This document shows positions 27,610-36,416 of a stretch of DNA of 64,000 nucleotides, in pieces (positions within the stretch are counted from its first letter, which is position 1; every line of letters starts with the position of its first letter). A program made the position numbers and the translations under genes. The notes beneath the pieces were generated by a model. That model searched no databases, was not told the DNA's origin, and was given only the letters and a program-made list of their open reading frames with translations. This DNA is from Candidatus Altimarinota bacterium. GTDB taxonomy: Bacteria > Patescibacteriota > Gracilibacteria > CAIRYL01. The stretch is taken from NCBI GenBank assembly GCA_965250085.1, contig OZ252287.1, positions 1,184,001 through 1,248,000 on the forward strand, in the 5' to 3' direction.

Positions 27610-29106
27610 ATGTCAGAAAAATATGATATTGGACTTATCGGACTCGCAGTTATGGGGGCAAATCTTGCTCGAAATCTTGCTAATAATGATCACAAAACCC
27701 TTGTTTTTAACCGTACCACTAAAAAAACTACTGAATTTGTAAAAGAATTTGGTGGAGAAAATTTGCAAGGAGCAGAGTCTCTCGAAGAGTTTGTTGCTTC
27801 GCTCTCTGCGCCACGAAAAATTATTATCATGATTAAAGCAGGGAATCCAGTAGACATGCAAATAGAAGCCCTCGTTCCGCTCTTAGAGAAAGGCGATATT
27901 GTGATTGACTGTGGCAATTCCCATTGGTCGGACACCGTGCGCCGAGAAGAACACTTGAAGAAAAAAGGGATTTTGTTTTTTGGAACCGGGGTCAGTGGCG
28001 GAGAAGAAGGAGCTCTCAATGGACCAAGTATTATGCCGGGCGGGAATAAAGCGGCGTATCAAAAATATCTGGCGCCAATATTTGAATCTATTGCGGCTAA
28101 AGATTTTTCTGAAGGGAAATGTGTTACTTGGATTGGGGAAAATGGAGCTGGGCATTATGTAAAAATGGTACATAATGGAATTGAGTATGCGGTTATGCAG
28201 ATGCTCGCAGAAGTATATGACATGCTTCGAAAGTTGTATTCACTGAAGCCTCCTCAAATGGCGGAGATTTTTCAAAATCTTCATTCTGGAAAACTTCAAT
28301 CATTTCTTACGGAAATTTCTATCGAAATTCTAAAAAAAGAAGACGATCTTAAAAAGGGATATCTCATCGATACAATACTTGATGCAGCAGGTCAAAAAGG
28401 GACTGGAAAGTGGACAGTATTTGATGCCGTAGAAAGAGGAGTTGCAGCATCGAGTATTTCTGAAGCCGTTAACGCTCGTGTTATTTCCAGTCAAAAGGAT
28501 CTGAGGGTTCAACTGTCACAACAAATCTCCCCTAGCTACGAAGTGATCCCTTTAGGGAACCCCTCTTTGCAAAAGAGGGGGACTTCCCCCTTTGAAAAAG
28601 GGGGATTGAGGGGGATTTTATCTCAAAAAGATTTTATATCCCTCCTAGAAGATGCAATTTCTGCAGGAATGCTGAGTGCATATGCTCAGGGATATGCACT
28701 GATTTCTCAGGCAGCTCAAGAACAGAACTGGGATATAAATCTCGCGGAAATCTCACGTATTTGGCAGGGAGGATGCATTATTCGCGCCAGAATACTCGAA
28801 TTCCTCAACGATACATTTCGAAAGTCAGGAAGTAAAACCTCTCAGCTCTTGAGTCTGCCGGAAATAGCTCAAGAAATCTCTGCTTCACTTCCATCAATGA
28901 GAATGGCGGTTTCTACTGGGATTATGGGAGGAGTGCCACTTCCGGCTCTTTCAAGTGCACTTTCCTATCTTGAAAACATAAGAAACCAAGAAGGAAGTGC
29001 TAATTTTATTCAGGCACTCAGGGATAATTTTGGTGCTCATACATTTGAGCGCAACGATCAGGAAGGAATATTTCATGCAGACTGGAATGATTCAGATAAT
29101 TCCTAA
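27610..29106 (+). CDS. gnd: NADP-dependent 6-phosphogluconate dehydrogenase with an in-frame repeat insertion
   Basis: GLAVMGANLA, GVSGGEEGA, VKMVHNGIEY, QKGTGKW, WQGGCIIRA, QALRDNFGAHTF. Confidence 0.96.
   Translation: MSEKYDIGLIGLAVMGANLARNLANNDHKTLVFNRTTKKTTEFVKEFGGENLQGAESLEEFVASLSAPRKIIIMIKAGNPVDMQIEALVPLLEKGDIVIDCGNSHWSDTVRREEHLKKKGILFFGTGVSGGEEGALNGPSIMPGGNKAAYQKYLAPIFESIAAKDFSEGKCVTWIGENGAGHYVKMVHNGIEYAVMQMLAEVYDMLRKLYSLKPPQMAEIFQNLHSGKLQSFLTEISIEILKKEDDLKKGYLIDTILDAAGQKGTGKWTVFDAVERGVAASSISEAVNARVISSQKDLRVQLSQQISPSYEVIPLGNPSLQKRGTSPFEKGGLRGILSQKDFISLLEDAISAGMLSAYAQGYALISQAAQEQNWDINLAEISRIWQGGCIIRARILEFLNDTFRKSGSKTSQLLSLPEIAQEISASLPSMRMAVSTGIMGGVPLPALSSALSYLENIRNQEGSANFIQALRDNFGAHTFERNDQEGIFHADWNDSDNS
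28523..28622. repeat. 100-bp composite palindromic element (family A), copy inside gnd
   Basis: Encodes ISPSYEVIPLGNPSLQKRGTSPFEKGGLRGILS; inverted near-identical copy at 21898-21997. Confidence 0.92.
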
Positions 29107-29137
29107 TATCTAATACCTAATTTCTAATCAAAATTAA

Positions 29138-29512
29138 ATGTCTAATGATCTCAAATATGATTTAGAGGAGAGAACTGCTAAGTTTGGAGAAGGAATCATC
29201 GTGTTTTGTAAAAAAATACCAGAAAATACAATTATACGACCAATTATTTCTCAGTTGATAAGATCAGCTACTAGCGTTGGAGCAAATTACTCAGAAGCAG
29301 ATAATGCGGAATCTAAAAGAGATTTTAAACACAAGATCGGCACTTGTAAGAAAGAATCAAAAGAAACAAAACATTGGCTTCGAATGCTTATATCAGCTAT
29401 TCCTGAATTTACAGAGGAAGCAAAAAAATATATGCAAGAAGAGAAGGAATTAAACTTAATCTTCAATGCTATAATGTATTCTGCAAATAAGAAACAGTCA
29501 TTTTGTCATTAG
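29138..29512 (+). CDS. Four-helix-bundle protein (23S rRNA IVS protein / Avd-like family)
   Basis: DLEERT, QLIRSATSVGANYSEA, ESKRDFKHK, KESKETKHWL. Confidence 0.92.
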   Translation: MSNDLKYDLEERTAKFGEGIIVFCKKIPENTIIRPIISQLIRSATSVGANYSEADNAESKRDFKHKIGTCKKESKETKHWLRMLISAIPEFTEEAKKYMQEEKELNLIFNAIMYSANKKQSFCH

Positions 29513-29565
29513 ACATTCATTAGTTATTCGAGCAATTAGACATTAGAAATTTCCCCAACCTTCTT

Positions 29566-30987
29566 ATGAAAACTCTTCAAAAGCCCTTCATTCTCACTAT
29601 CTTCGGTGCTTCTGGAGATTTGGCAAAGCTCAAGATATTTCCATCAATTTTTTCTCTTGCTGAGAAAAAACTTCTCCCAAAAAATTTTTATATTGTGGGA
29701 TACGCGAGGAGTAAAAAAGATCGTGAGAATTTTCAAAGAGAGTTTCTCTACAGTATTATCGAAGCCCATGGAAAGAAAAAAGGATTTTCTGCTGCACTCG
29801 TAGAACAGCTTATTTCCCATGTGTACTACTTTTCCGGACAATATGATCAGAAAGAGGATTTTGTAGCATACCGAAAGTATCTTTCGGATATTACCAAAGG
29901 GAAAGTGGGATCTATGCCTCATATTGCCTATTTTTCCGTTCCACCATTTGTATTTCATCCGATTATTGAAAATTTGGCATTGGCGCGAAAATCCAAATCA
30001 GAAGATATTCGAATTGTTTTGGAAAAACCGTTTGGAGATGACGAAGAATCTGCTCAAAAACTTTTTCATTTTATTTCTCAGTATTTTCAGGACAAACAAA
30101 TCTACCTCCTGGATCACTATTTGGGGAAACCAGGAGTACAGAGTATCTTGTCTTTAAGACATGCTAACAGCATTCTCAATATGCTCCTGAAGGGGAGAGA
30201 GATCGCTACTATTCAGATGAGTGCACTCGAAGATTTTGGAGTCGAAGAGCGCATTGGATATTTTGATGAAGTGGGAATCATGAAAGATATGTTTCAGTCA
30301 CACCTGACACAAATACTCGCCATGATTACGATGTCTATTCCACTGACAGAGACTGCAGAGAGTTTTCAACGGGAAAAATATGCCATTCTTTCGGCGCTCA
30401 AATTTTCTCCAAAAAAAGACCATATCTATTTAGGACAATACAAAGGATATCGCGATCTTGAAGGAGTCAAAAAAGGATCCAATACAGAAACATTTATGAG
30501 CGTAAAAATTAAAATAGATAGGGAGAGCTGGTATGGAGTCCCTATTTTTATTCGTACTGGGAAAAAGATTGATCGGAAAATAACGTATGTGGTCATAGAG
30601 TTTAAAAAGATGAAATTTCAGAAACACCTTGAGCCCAACAGGCTTATTATTGAATTACAGCCGGATCAAAAAATCCATTTCAAACTCCTCAACAAACATG
30701 GACACTCTATTGACCATCATGAAGTCAGTCCGTCGGAATCTATCGCATGTGGCGAGGACAAATGTCTCCCAGAACATGCCACACTTCTTCTGGATGTTCT
30801 CAATAAAGACAAACTTCATTTTCTGAGCTTCCTTGAAGTTCTTGCTGCATGGCGCATTACCGATTCAATTCTCGGTTTTATCAAAAGATCAAAAATGACA
30901 CCTGAATCATATGAGCATGGCACTCCTTCTCCTCAAAAGAGTGAACAGATCTTTCATAAACAAGGAGAAGGATGGTTTGAAATATAA
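29566..30987 (+). CDS. zwf: Glucose-6-phosphate 1-dehydrogenase
   Basis: IFGASGDLA, LEKPFG, DHYLGK, WYGVPIFIRTGK. Confidence 0.95.
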   Translation: MKTLQKPFILTIFGASGDLAKLKIFPSIFSLAEKKLLPKNFYIVGYARSKKDRENFQREFLYSIIEAHGKKKGFSAALVEQLISHVYYFSGQYDQKEDFVAYRKYLSDITKGKVGSMPHIAYFSVPPFVFHPIIENLALARKSKSEDIRIVLEKPFGDDEESAQKLFHFISQYFQDKQIYLLDHYLGKPGVQSILSLRHANSILNMLLKGREIATIQMSALEDFGVEERIGYFDEVGIMKDMFQSHLTQILAMITMSIPLTETAESFQREKYAILSALKFSPKKDHIYLGQYKGYRDLEGVKKGSNTETFMSVKIKIDRESWYGVPIFIRTGKKIDRKITYVVIEFKKMKFQKHLEPNRLIIELQPDQKIHFKLLNKHGHSIDHHEVSPSESIACGEDKCLPEHATLLLDVLNKDKLHFLSFLEVLAAWRITDSILGFIKRSKMTPESYEHGTPSPQKSEQIFHKQGEGWFEI

Positions 30988-31003
30988 AATTCCTTTCTCA
31001 ATT

Positions 31004-31675
31004 ATGAAAATTCATACCTTTGAAGACAAAAACGAATGGATGAATGCTTCGATTCAGGAGATTATATCCGATCTTTCTGAGAATACTTTTTCTTTGGCAT
31101 TAAGTGGAGGAAGCACACCATCTCCTGTCTATGAAAAACTGGCAAAACGAGATCTTCACTGGTCAAAGGCAGATATTTTTCAAGTAGATGAAAGATTTAT
31201 TTCTCCGGAGAGAGATGAATCCAATCGAAGACTTATCGAGAAAAGCTTTATCGGACATCTTACATCACCGATTCGAAGCTTTCATTATTTTAAAACAGAA
31301 GAAGATATCACCTGGGAGACATCTGCCGAGAAATACGACAGCTTTTTGCGAAAATATGACAGAGGGTTTGATGTCTGTATTTTGGGGATTGGCCCCGACG
31401 GACATACGGCATCACTTTTTCCAGGAGAACCCGCAAGTTCTGAAACTGACAAACTCGCTATGACTTCTGAGACAAATCAATTTCCAGTATGGAAGCGCAT
31501 GACGATCACCTTCCCACAAATTCTTAAAAGTAAAAAACTCATTGTTCTTCTGAGGGGAAAGGACAAAAAAGAAATCCTTGAAGAATTGCTTCACGGAAAA
31601 AAAACATGGGAAAAATTTCCAAGCAAAAAATTATTGGAGCATAACAATCTCCATATTCTTTTCCTAGAGGAGTAA
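31004..31675 (+). CDS. pgl: 6-phosphogluconolactonase
   Basis: LSGGSTP, VDERF, LGIGPDGHTASLFP, RMTIT. Confidence 0.94.
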   Translation: MKIHTFEDKNEWMNASIQEIISDLSENTFSLALSGGSTPSPVYEKLAKRDLHWSKADIFQVDERFISPERDESNRRLIEKSFIGHLTSPIRSFHYFKTEEDITWETSAEKYDSFLRKYDRGFDVCILGIGPDGHTASLFPGEPASSETDKLAMTSETNQFPVWKRMTITFPQILKSKKLIVLLRGKDKKEILEELLHGKKTWEKFPSKKLLEHNNLHILFLEE

Positions 31676-31687
31676 ACGACTATGGTT

Positions 31688-31975
31688 TTATTTCGAAATG
31701 AGATCAGGTCTTTTATCGATCATGGCATGTACATACATATTCCATTTCTCGATATGTCTTGTGAATCGTACCTGCCTCTTCCAAATATCTTTATTTCTTT
31801 TGCCAACAATAAGCATGTAGAAAAAATGAAAAAACGAGAGAAAGGCAATCCATATACCCCAAACCCATAAAACCCAACATTCTATAAAAAACCATAAGAA
31901 TCGAAAAACAAAAAGACGTGATATTCTGGTCCTAAAGTCTACTTTTAAACTCATTTCTGAAGGCTTTTTTTTCAT
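31688..31975 (-). CDS. Small hypothetical membrane protein
   Basis: 95-aa ORF with a central hydrophobic segment; fills the intergenic gap. Confidence 0.55.
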   Translation of the reverse strand: MKKKPSEMSLKVDFRTRISRLFVFRFLWFFIECWVLWVWGIWIAFLSFFHFFYMLIVGKRNKDIWKRQVRFTRHIEKWNMYVHAMIDKRPDLISK

Positions 31976-32103
31976 AGAGAGGACAGAAATGGCAAAAATA
32001 CGGGAACATTATATCCAGAATCAAAGATTTATCTATGACTCTTTTATAGAGCCTTGTAATACACTAAAAATTTGTCATACTTGAGTTCGATATATTATTT
32101 GTC

Positions 32104-33597
32104 ATGTCACAACCGTTTTATATCATTACCTCGATTGCCTATGTGAATGCCGCGCCTCATGTGGGGTTTGCCATGGAGGCGATTGAAGCCGATGTAATCG
32201 CCAGATGGATGCGACTTCAGGGTCGTGAAGCCTATTTTGTGACGGGGACTGATGAACACGGAGTCAAAATCGCGAAAACAGCTAAAGAACAAGGAATATC
32301 TGCAAAAGAACTCTGTGATCTCAATGCAGAAAAATTCCAGGAACTCACAGAAAAACTGAATCTCTCAAATAATGACTTTATCCGCACATCAGATCAACAA
32401 AGGCATTGGCCCGGTCCTCAAAAGATCTGGGAACTGATGAAGGAAAAAGGGGATATAGAAAAACGTAAATACACAGCGCTGTATTGCTCTGGATGTGAAG
32501 CATTTTATACGGAAAAAGATTTAAATGAAGAAGGAGAATGTCCTTATCATAAAAAAAAACCAGAGACGATTTCGGAAGAAAATTACTTTTTTTGTCTTTC
32601 TAAGTACTCAGATCAAATCGCAGAGTTTATAGAATCTGACACTCTCAAAATCACGCCTTCATTCCGCAAAAAAGAGATCCTGAATATGGTCAAAGAAGGG
32701 CTTCATGATGTTTCTTTCTCTCGTCCAGTGTCCAAACTGCCCTGGGGAGTTCCAGTGCCCGGAGATGATTCTCAGACAATGTACGTGTGGTGTGATGCTC
32801 TGACCAATTATATTTCCGTACTGGGCTTTGGGCGAGATAATGAGAGTTTATTTGAAAAATTCTGGAGTGGAGGAGAAGTGATGCACGTGATTGGGAAAGA
32901 TATTGTGCGATTTCATGCAGGAATTTGGATTGGCATGCTGCTTTCTGCAGGCATCAAAATTCCAGAAAATATTTTGGTACATGGATTCCTCACCAGTGAA
33001 GGGCACAAAATGTCCAAAAGCCTGGGCAATGTGGTGGATCCCTTTCTGGAAATAGAAACGTACTCAGCAGACGCCCTGAGATATTTTCTTATTCGCGAAG
33101 TCCCTATAGGACGTGATGCTGATTTTTCTCGTGAACGATTTGAGACGAACTATCAGGCACATCTTGCCAATGGACTGGGAAATCTCTGTTCACGTGTGCA
33201 TAAGCTCTGCGCAGATAATGATGTCCTCACTCCTTCTGAAGAAGAAATATATGCTGATTTTGCAGAAATCCTGCAACAAGGAGAGAAGAATTTACAAGAA
33301 TCAATGGAAGAATTTGCTCTCCATGACGCCCTATCAGCTCTTTTTGATGTTGTGAGCGCTCTGGACAAGAAAATGAACGAACTGGCTCCTTGGGAGCTGA
33401 TCAAGAATGACCCAGAAGAAGGGAAAAAAATTCTCTCTAGCTTTCTTCTTTCTGTGCTCTGGATAGCGCAATATATCGCTCCATTTCTTCCCGAAACATC
33501 AGAAAAAATGAAACAGATGTTTGGAGAAGGAAAAGGAACATTTGGCGAGAGAGTCATGCTGTTTCCTCGACTGGAAAAACTAAAAGAAGAGAATTAA
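32104..33597 (+). CDS. metG: Methionine--tRNA ligase
   Basis: YVNAAPHVG, GTDEHG, YVWCDAL, GKDIVRFH, KMSKS. Confidence 0.97.
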   Translation: MSQPFYIITSIAYVNAAPHVGFAMEAIEADVIARWMRLQGREAYFVTGTDEHGVKIAKTAKEQGISAKELCDLNAEKFQELTEKLNLSNNDFIRTSDQQRHWPGPQKIWELMKEKGDIEKRKYTALYCSGCEAFYTEKDLNEEGECPYHKKKPETISEENYFFCLSKYSDQIAEFIESDTLKITPSFRKKEILNMVKEGLHDVSFSRPVSKLPWGVPVPGDDSQTMYVWCDALTNYISVLGFGRDNESLFEKFWSGGEVMHVIGKDIVRFHAGIWIGMLLSAGIKIPENILVHGFLTSEGHKMSKSLGNVVDPFLEIETYSADALRYFLIREVPIGRDADFSRERFETNYQAHLANGLGNLCSRVHKLCADNDVLTPSEEEIYADFAEILQQGEKNLQESMEEFALHDALSALFDVVSALDKKMNELAPWELIKNDPEEGKKILSSFLLSVLWIAQYIAPFLPETSEKMKQMFGEGKGTFGERVMLFPRLEKLKEEN

Positions 33598-33733
33598 CTC
33601 TCCAAAACACCAAATCACTTTTTAATATCTTGTCAAGAATTGTTTCCATTATAATTTTTTGCTTGAAAAAGGTTCTATTTCCCAAATGGGTTTCTCTCTT
33701 CTATACTCTGCTTCGTCTTTAGTAACAAATGGT

Positions 33734-34513
33734 ATGCACACGCCCCCTAAATCTCCGTTTTTTGGGTTTCTCGGTGTCGCTCGTATGAATTTTGAGCGCA
33801 TACTCCGCATTTGGACGCAGACAATATTCCCCCCTATTATTACCACTCTTCTTTATATTTTGGTCTTTGGCTACTCCATTGGTCATGATATTTCTCAAAT
33901 GCACGGAGTACCATACTTGAGTTTCATTCTCCCGGGTCTTATGATGATGTCGGTGATTACGAGTTCATATATGAATACGGCTTTTTCATTTTTTATTGCC
34001 CGTATTCAACAATGGATAGAAGAAATACTGGTGGCTCCGGTTTCGAATGCAGAGCTTATTCTTGGGTTTCTGGTAGGAGGAGTGTTTCGTGGATGTCTTG
34101 TGGGAATCTTGATTTTTGCAGTTGGATTTTTCATGGCAGATATTTCGGTTCAAAACTGGCCACTGGTGATTGCTCTTCTTGTCCTTACGTCTACCATGTT
34201 TGCTTTGGCAGGATTCCTCAATGCGCTTTTTGCCAAGACGTTTGATGGGGTCAATTTTGTGCCTACGTTTATTCTGACGCCTCTTACTTTTCTCGGAGGA
34301 GTGTTTTATTCCCTTGATCGATTACCCGAATTTTGGCAACAAGTTACTGTGCTCAATCCCATTTTCTGGATTATTTCCGGGTTTCGAGAAGGGTTTTACG
34401 GCATTTCTGAAATTCCAATCATTCTCCCTCTGGGGTTTTTGATAATCATGACCATCATTCTTTTTTGGGCATGTTTACATTTTGTGGGAAAGGGAAAGAA
34501 TATCAGAAGTTAG
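33734..34513 (+). CDS. ABC-2 type permease (YadH-like)
   Basis: RIWTQTIFPP, ILPGLMMMSVI, LTPLTFLGGVFYS. Confidence 0.9.
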   Translation: MHTPPKSPFFGFLGVARMNFERILRIWTQTIFPPIITTLLYILVFGYSIGHDISQMHGVPYLSFILPGLMMMSVITSSYMNTAFSFFIARIQQWIEEILVAPVSNAELILGFLVGGVFRGCLVGILIFAVGFFMADISVQNWPLVIALLVLTSTMFALAGFLNALFAKTFDGVNFVPTFILTPLTFLGGVFYSLDRLPEFWQQVTVLNPIFWIISGFREGFYGISEIPIILPLGFLIIMTIILFWACLHFVGKGKNIRS

Positions 34514-34919
34514 CTAGTTTTTTCACCGAGAGCACAATTGCACCGATGGCAGTCGCAACACTTCCAGCAACAGCGGTGGAAATTGTGGCAACTACTGTGG
34601 AAGGTGCTGCCAGTTCTTTGGGAGGGAGATCATTGTAGAGGGAACTGGGATCAATAAAATCTGGAATATTAGGATATAAATTCATCTCAAAGATATTGTG
34701 CAGAACTCTTTGAAGAGCTTCTCCTTCTAATATTTCAGGGTGACGCGATAAGACTTCAGAAACTTGCTCGGCGATAGAGTGAGCCATCTTGCTGTTGTTG
34801 AGCAGACCATCTATAAATACAATCGAGCATGCGGTTATTCCTGTTATCACCAAAGGAATTACTATTTCTTTGCTTTTGTATGCCAATGAGTTTTCAAAAC
34901 CTTCTGGAGCTTCAATCAT
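34503..34919 (-). CDS. Hypothetical two-TM orphan protein
   Basis: 138-aa ORF with an upstream TTGACT...AATAAT promoter-like sequence on the minus strand. Confidence 0.6.
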   Translation of the reverse strand: MIEAPEGFENSLAYKSKEIVIPLVITGITACSIVFIDGLLNNSKMAHSIAEQVSEVLSRHPEILEGEALQRVLHNIFEMNLYPNIPDFIDPSSLYNDLPPKELAAPSTVVATISTAVAGSVATAIGAIVLSVKKLANF

Positions 34920-35043
34920 TGTGAGGAGATTAATAGGAACTGATTATTGTCTTTTTATAGAAAAAGTCAAGTCGTGATCTTTGTGCTCAGAAGAGAGATT
35001 ATGAGAAAATCTCCCGGCATTTATTTTTTAACCCCTCAAGCAC

Positions 35044-35349
35044 ATGAGTATGTTTGGACAAGCAAAGGATATGTACAAAATGCAGAAGCAGGCAAAGGAG
35101 ATTAAGAAAAAACTCAAAAATATTCATATCGAAGCCGAATCAAATGGGATAACGGTTGTGATGAGTGCGGAACAAGAAATTGTTTCTGTTGATATTCCAG
35201 AAGAACTTCTTGCAGCGGAAAAAAAGTCTCTGGTGCAGTCGTCTCTCATAGAGGCTCTGAAAAAAGCGACCAAAAAGGCACAAGAGGTATCCGCCTTGGA
35301 AATGCGGTCTATTATGGGAGATATGGGGTTTCCCGGAGTGGGGCAATAG
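35044..35349 (+). CDS. ybaB: YbaB/EbfC nucleoid-associated protein
   Basis: MFGQAKDMYKMQKQAKEI..., typical length and pattern. Confidence 0.85.
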   Translation: MSMFGQAKDMYKMQKQAKEIKKKLKNIHIEAESNGITVVMSAEQEIVSVDIPEELLAAEKKSLVQSSLIEALKKATKKAQEVSALEMRSIMGDMGFPGVGQ

Positions 35350-35351
35350 GC

Positions 35352-35404
35352 AATTACCCGTTCGACAAGCTCAGGGCAAGCGAATTACAAATTACGAATT
35401 ACAA
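35352..35404 (+). repeat. AATTACR heptamers interrupted by a short REP-like unit
   Basis: aattac-ccgttcgacaagctcagggcaagcg-aattaca aattacg aattaca, ending at the mltG ATG. Confidence 0.7.
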
Positions 35405-36406
35405 ATGAAACTACTACAAATTCATAAGATTTTTATTGTATGTCTGTGCGTGGCACTCGTGTTATTTGGAGGTATGTGGTATCAGTTTCAAAACATAGTA
35501 AAAACACCCAATAGTGGAACAGAAGAGGCAGAATTGCTGAATATAGAAAAGGGAAGTACGGTGCGTGATATTGCTCATGCACTGCACAGGCAAGATTTTA
35601 TTCCTTCTCAGTGGGCATTTCTCTGGCACGCAAAAAGAGAAGGTATTGAAGAGAAATTTCAAGCAGGTCGATTTTATCTTCCCAAAAATCTTACAATTCC
35701 AGAAGTAGCCAATAAACTCCTGAATGGCAAAGGAAGGGAAGAGTTTTTTACCATTCCTGAAGGGCTCACATTGCAAGAAATTGATGAACGCATTGCAAAA
35801 AAGGGATATGCAGAGAAGGGAAGTCTTTTGGAATGTATACAAGAGGTATGTGATTTTTCTGAATTTTTATTTCTCCCGAAAGAAAGAACAGCTTGGGAAG
35901 GATATTTTTTTCCCGAAACATATGCGGTGCAGCCAGTAAATTTTTCTGCGGAATTGCTGGCAAAAAAAATGCTGAGTGAATTTGAAAAACGTGCTCGAAA
36001 ACTTAAAATTTTTGATGCAGAAAATCTGGAAGAAATCATCATTATGGCTTCTCTCATAGAGGAAGAAAGTCGTAAGGATGAAGAGCGACCCATTATTTCC
36101 GGTATTCTCTGGAAACGATTGGAAGAGGGGATACCTCTGGGAGTAGATGCGACGGTCAGATATTTTACTGGCAAAAAGACCGAACCTCTTACGATTCAAG
36201 ATTTGGAAGCAGACAATCCCTACAATACCCGCAAAAATCTGGACCTCCCCCCCACGGCTATTGCTGGTCCTGGAGAAGCCTCCCTCGATGCTGCGGCGAA
36301 TCCTGAAGAGTCGGAAAATTACTACTATCTTCATGATGAAGATGGGCAGATTCATTATGCTCGTACCAATGCAGAGCATAATAAAAATAAGCGGAAGTAT
36401 TTATAG
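35405..36406 (+). CDS. mltG: Endolytic transglycosylase MltG
   Basis: TIPEG, EGYFFPETY, MASLIEEE, DATVRY, NPYNTR..LPPTAI. Confidence 0.94.
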   Translation: MKLLQIHKIFIVCLCVALVLFGGMWYQFQNIVKTPNSGTEEAELLNIEKGSTVRDIAHALHRQDFIPSQWAFLWHAKREGIEEKFQAGRFYLPKNLTIPEVANKLLNGKGREEFFTIPEGLTLQEIDERIAKKGYAEKGSLLECIQEVCDFSEFLFLPKERTAWEGYFFPETYAVQPVNFSAELLAKKMLSEFEKRARKLKIFDAENLEEIIIMASLIEEESRKDEERPIISGILWKRLEEGIPLGVDATVRYFTGKKTEPLTIQDLEADNPYNTRKNLDLPPTAIAGPGEASLDAAANPEESENYYYLHDEDGQIHYARTNAEHNKNKRKYL

Positions 36407-36416
36407 ATACAGTATC

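Noticed and set aside
29138-29512. DGR cassette based on the Avd-like protein
   Set aside because: No adjacent reverse transcriptase or TR/VR pair.
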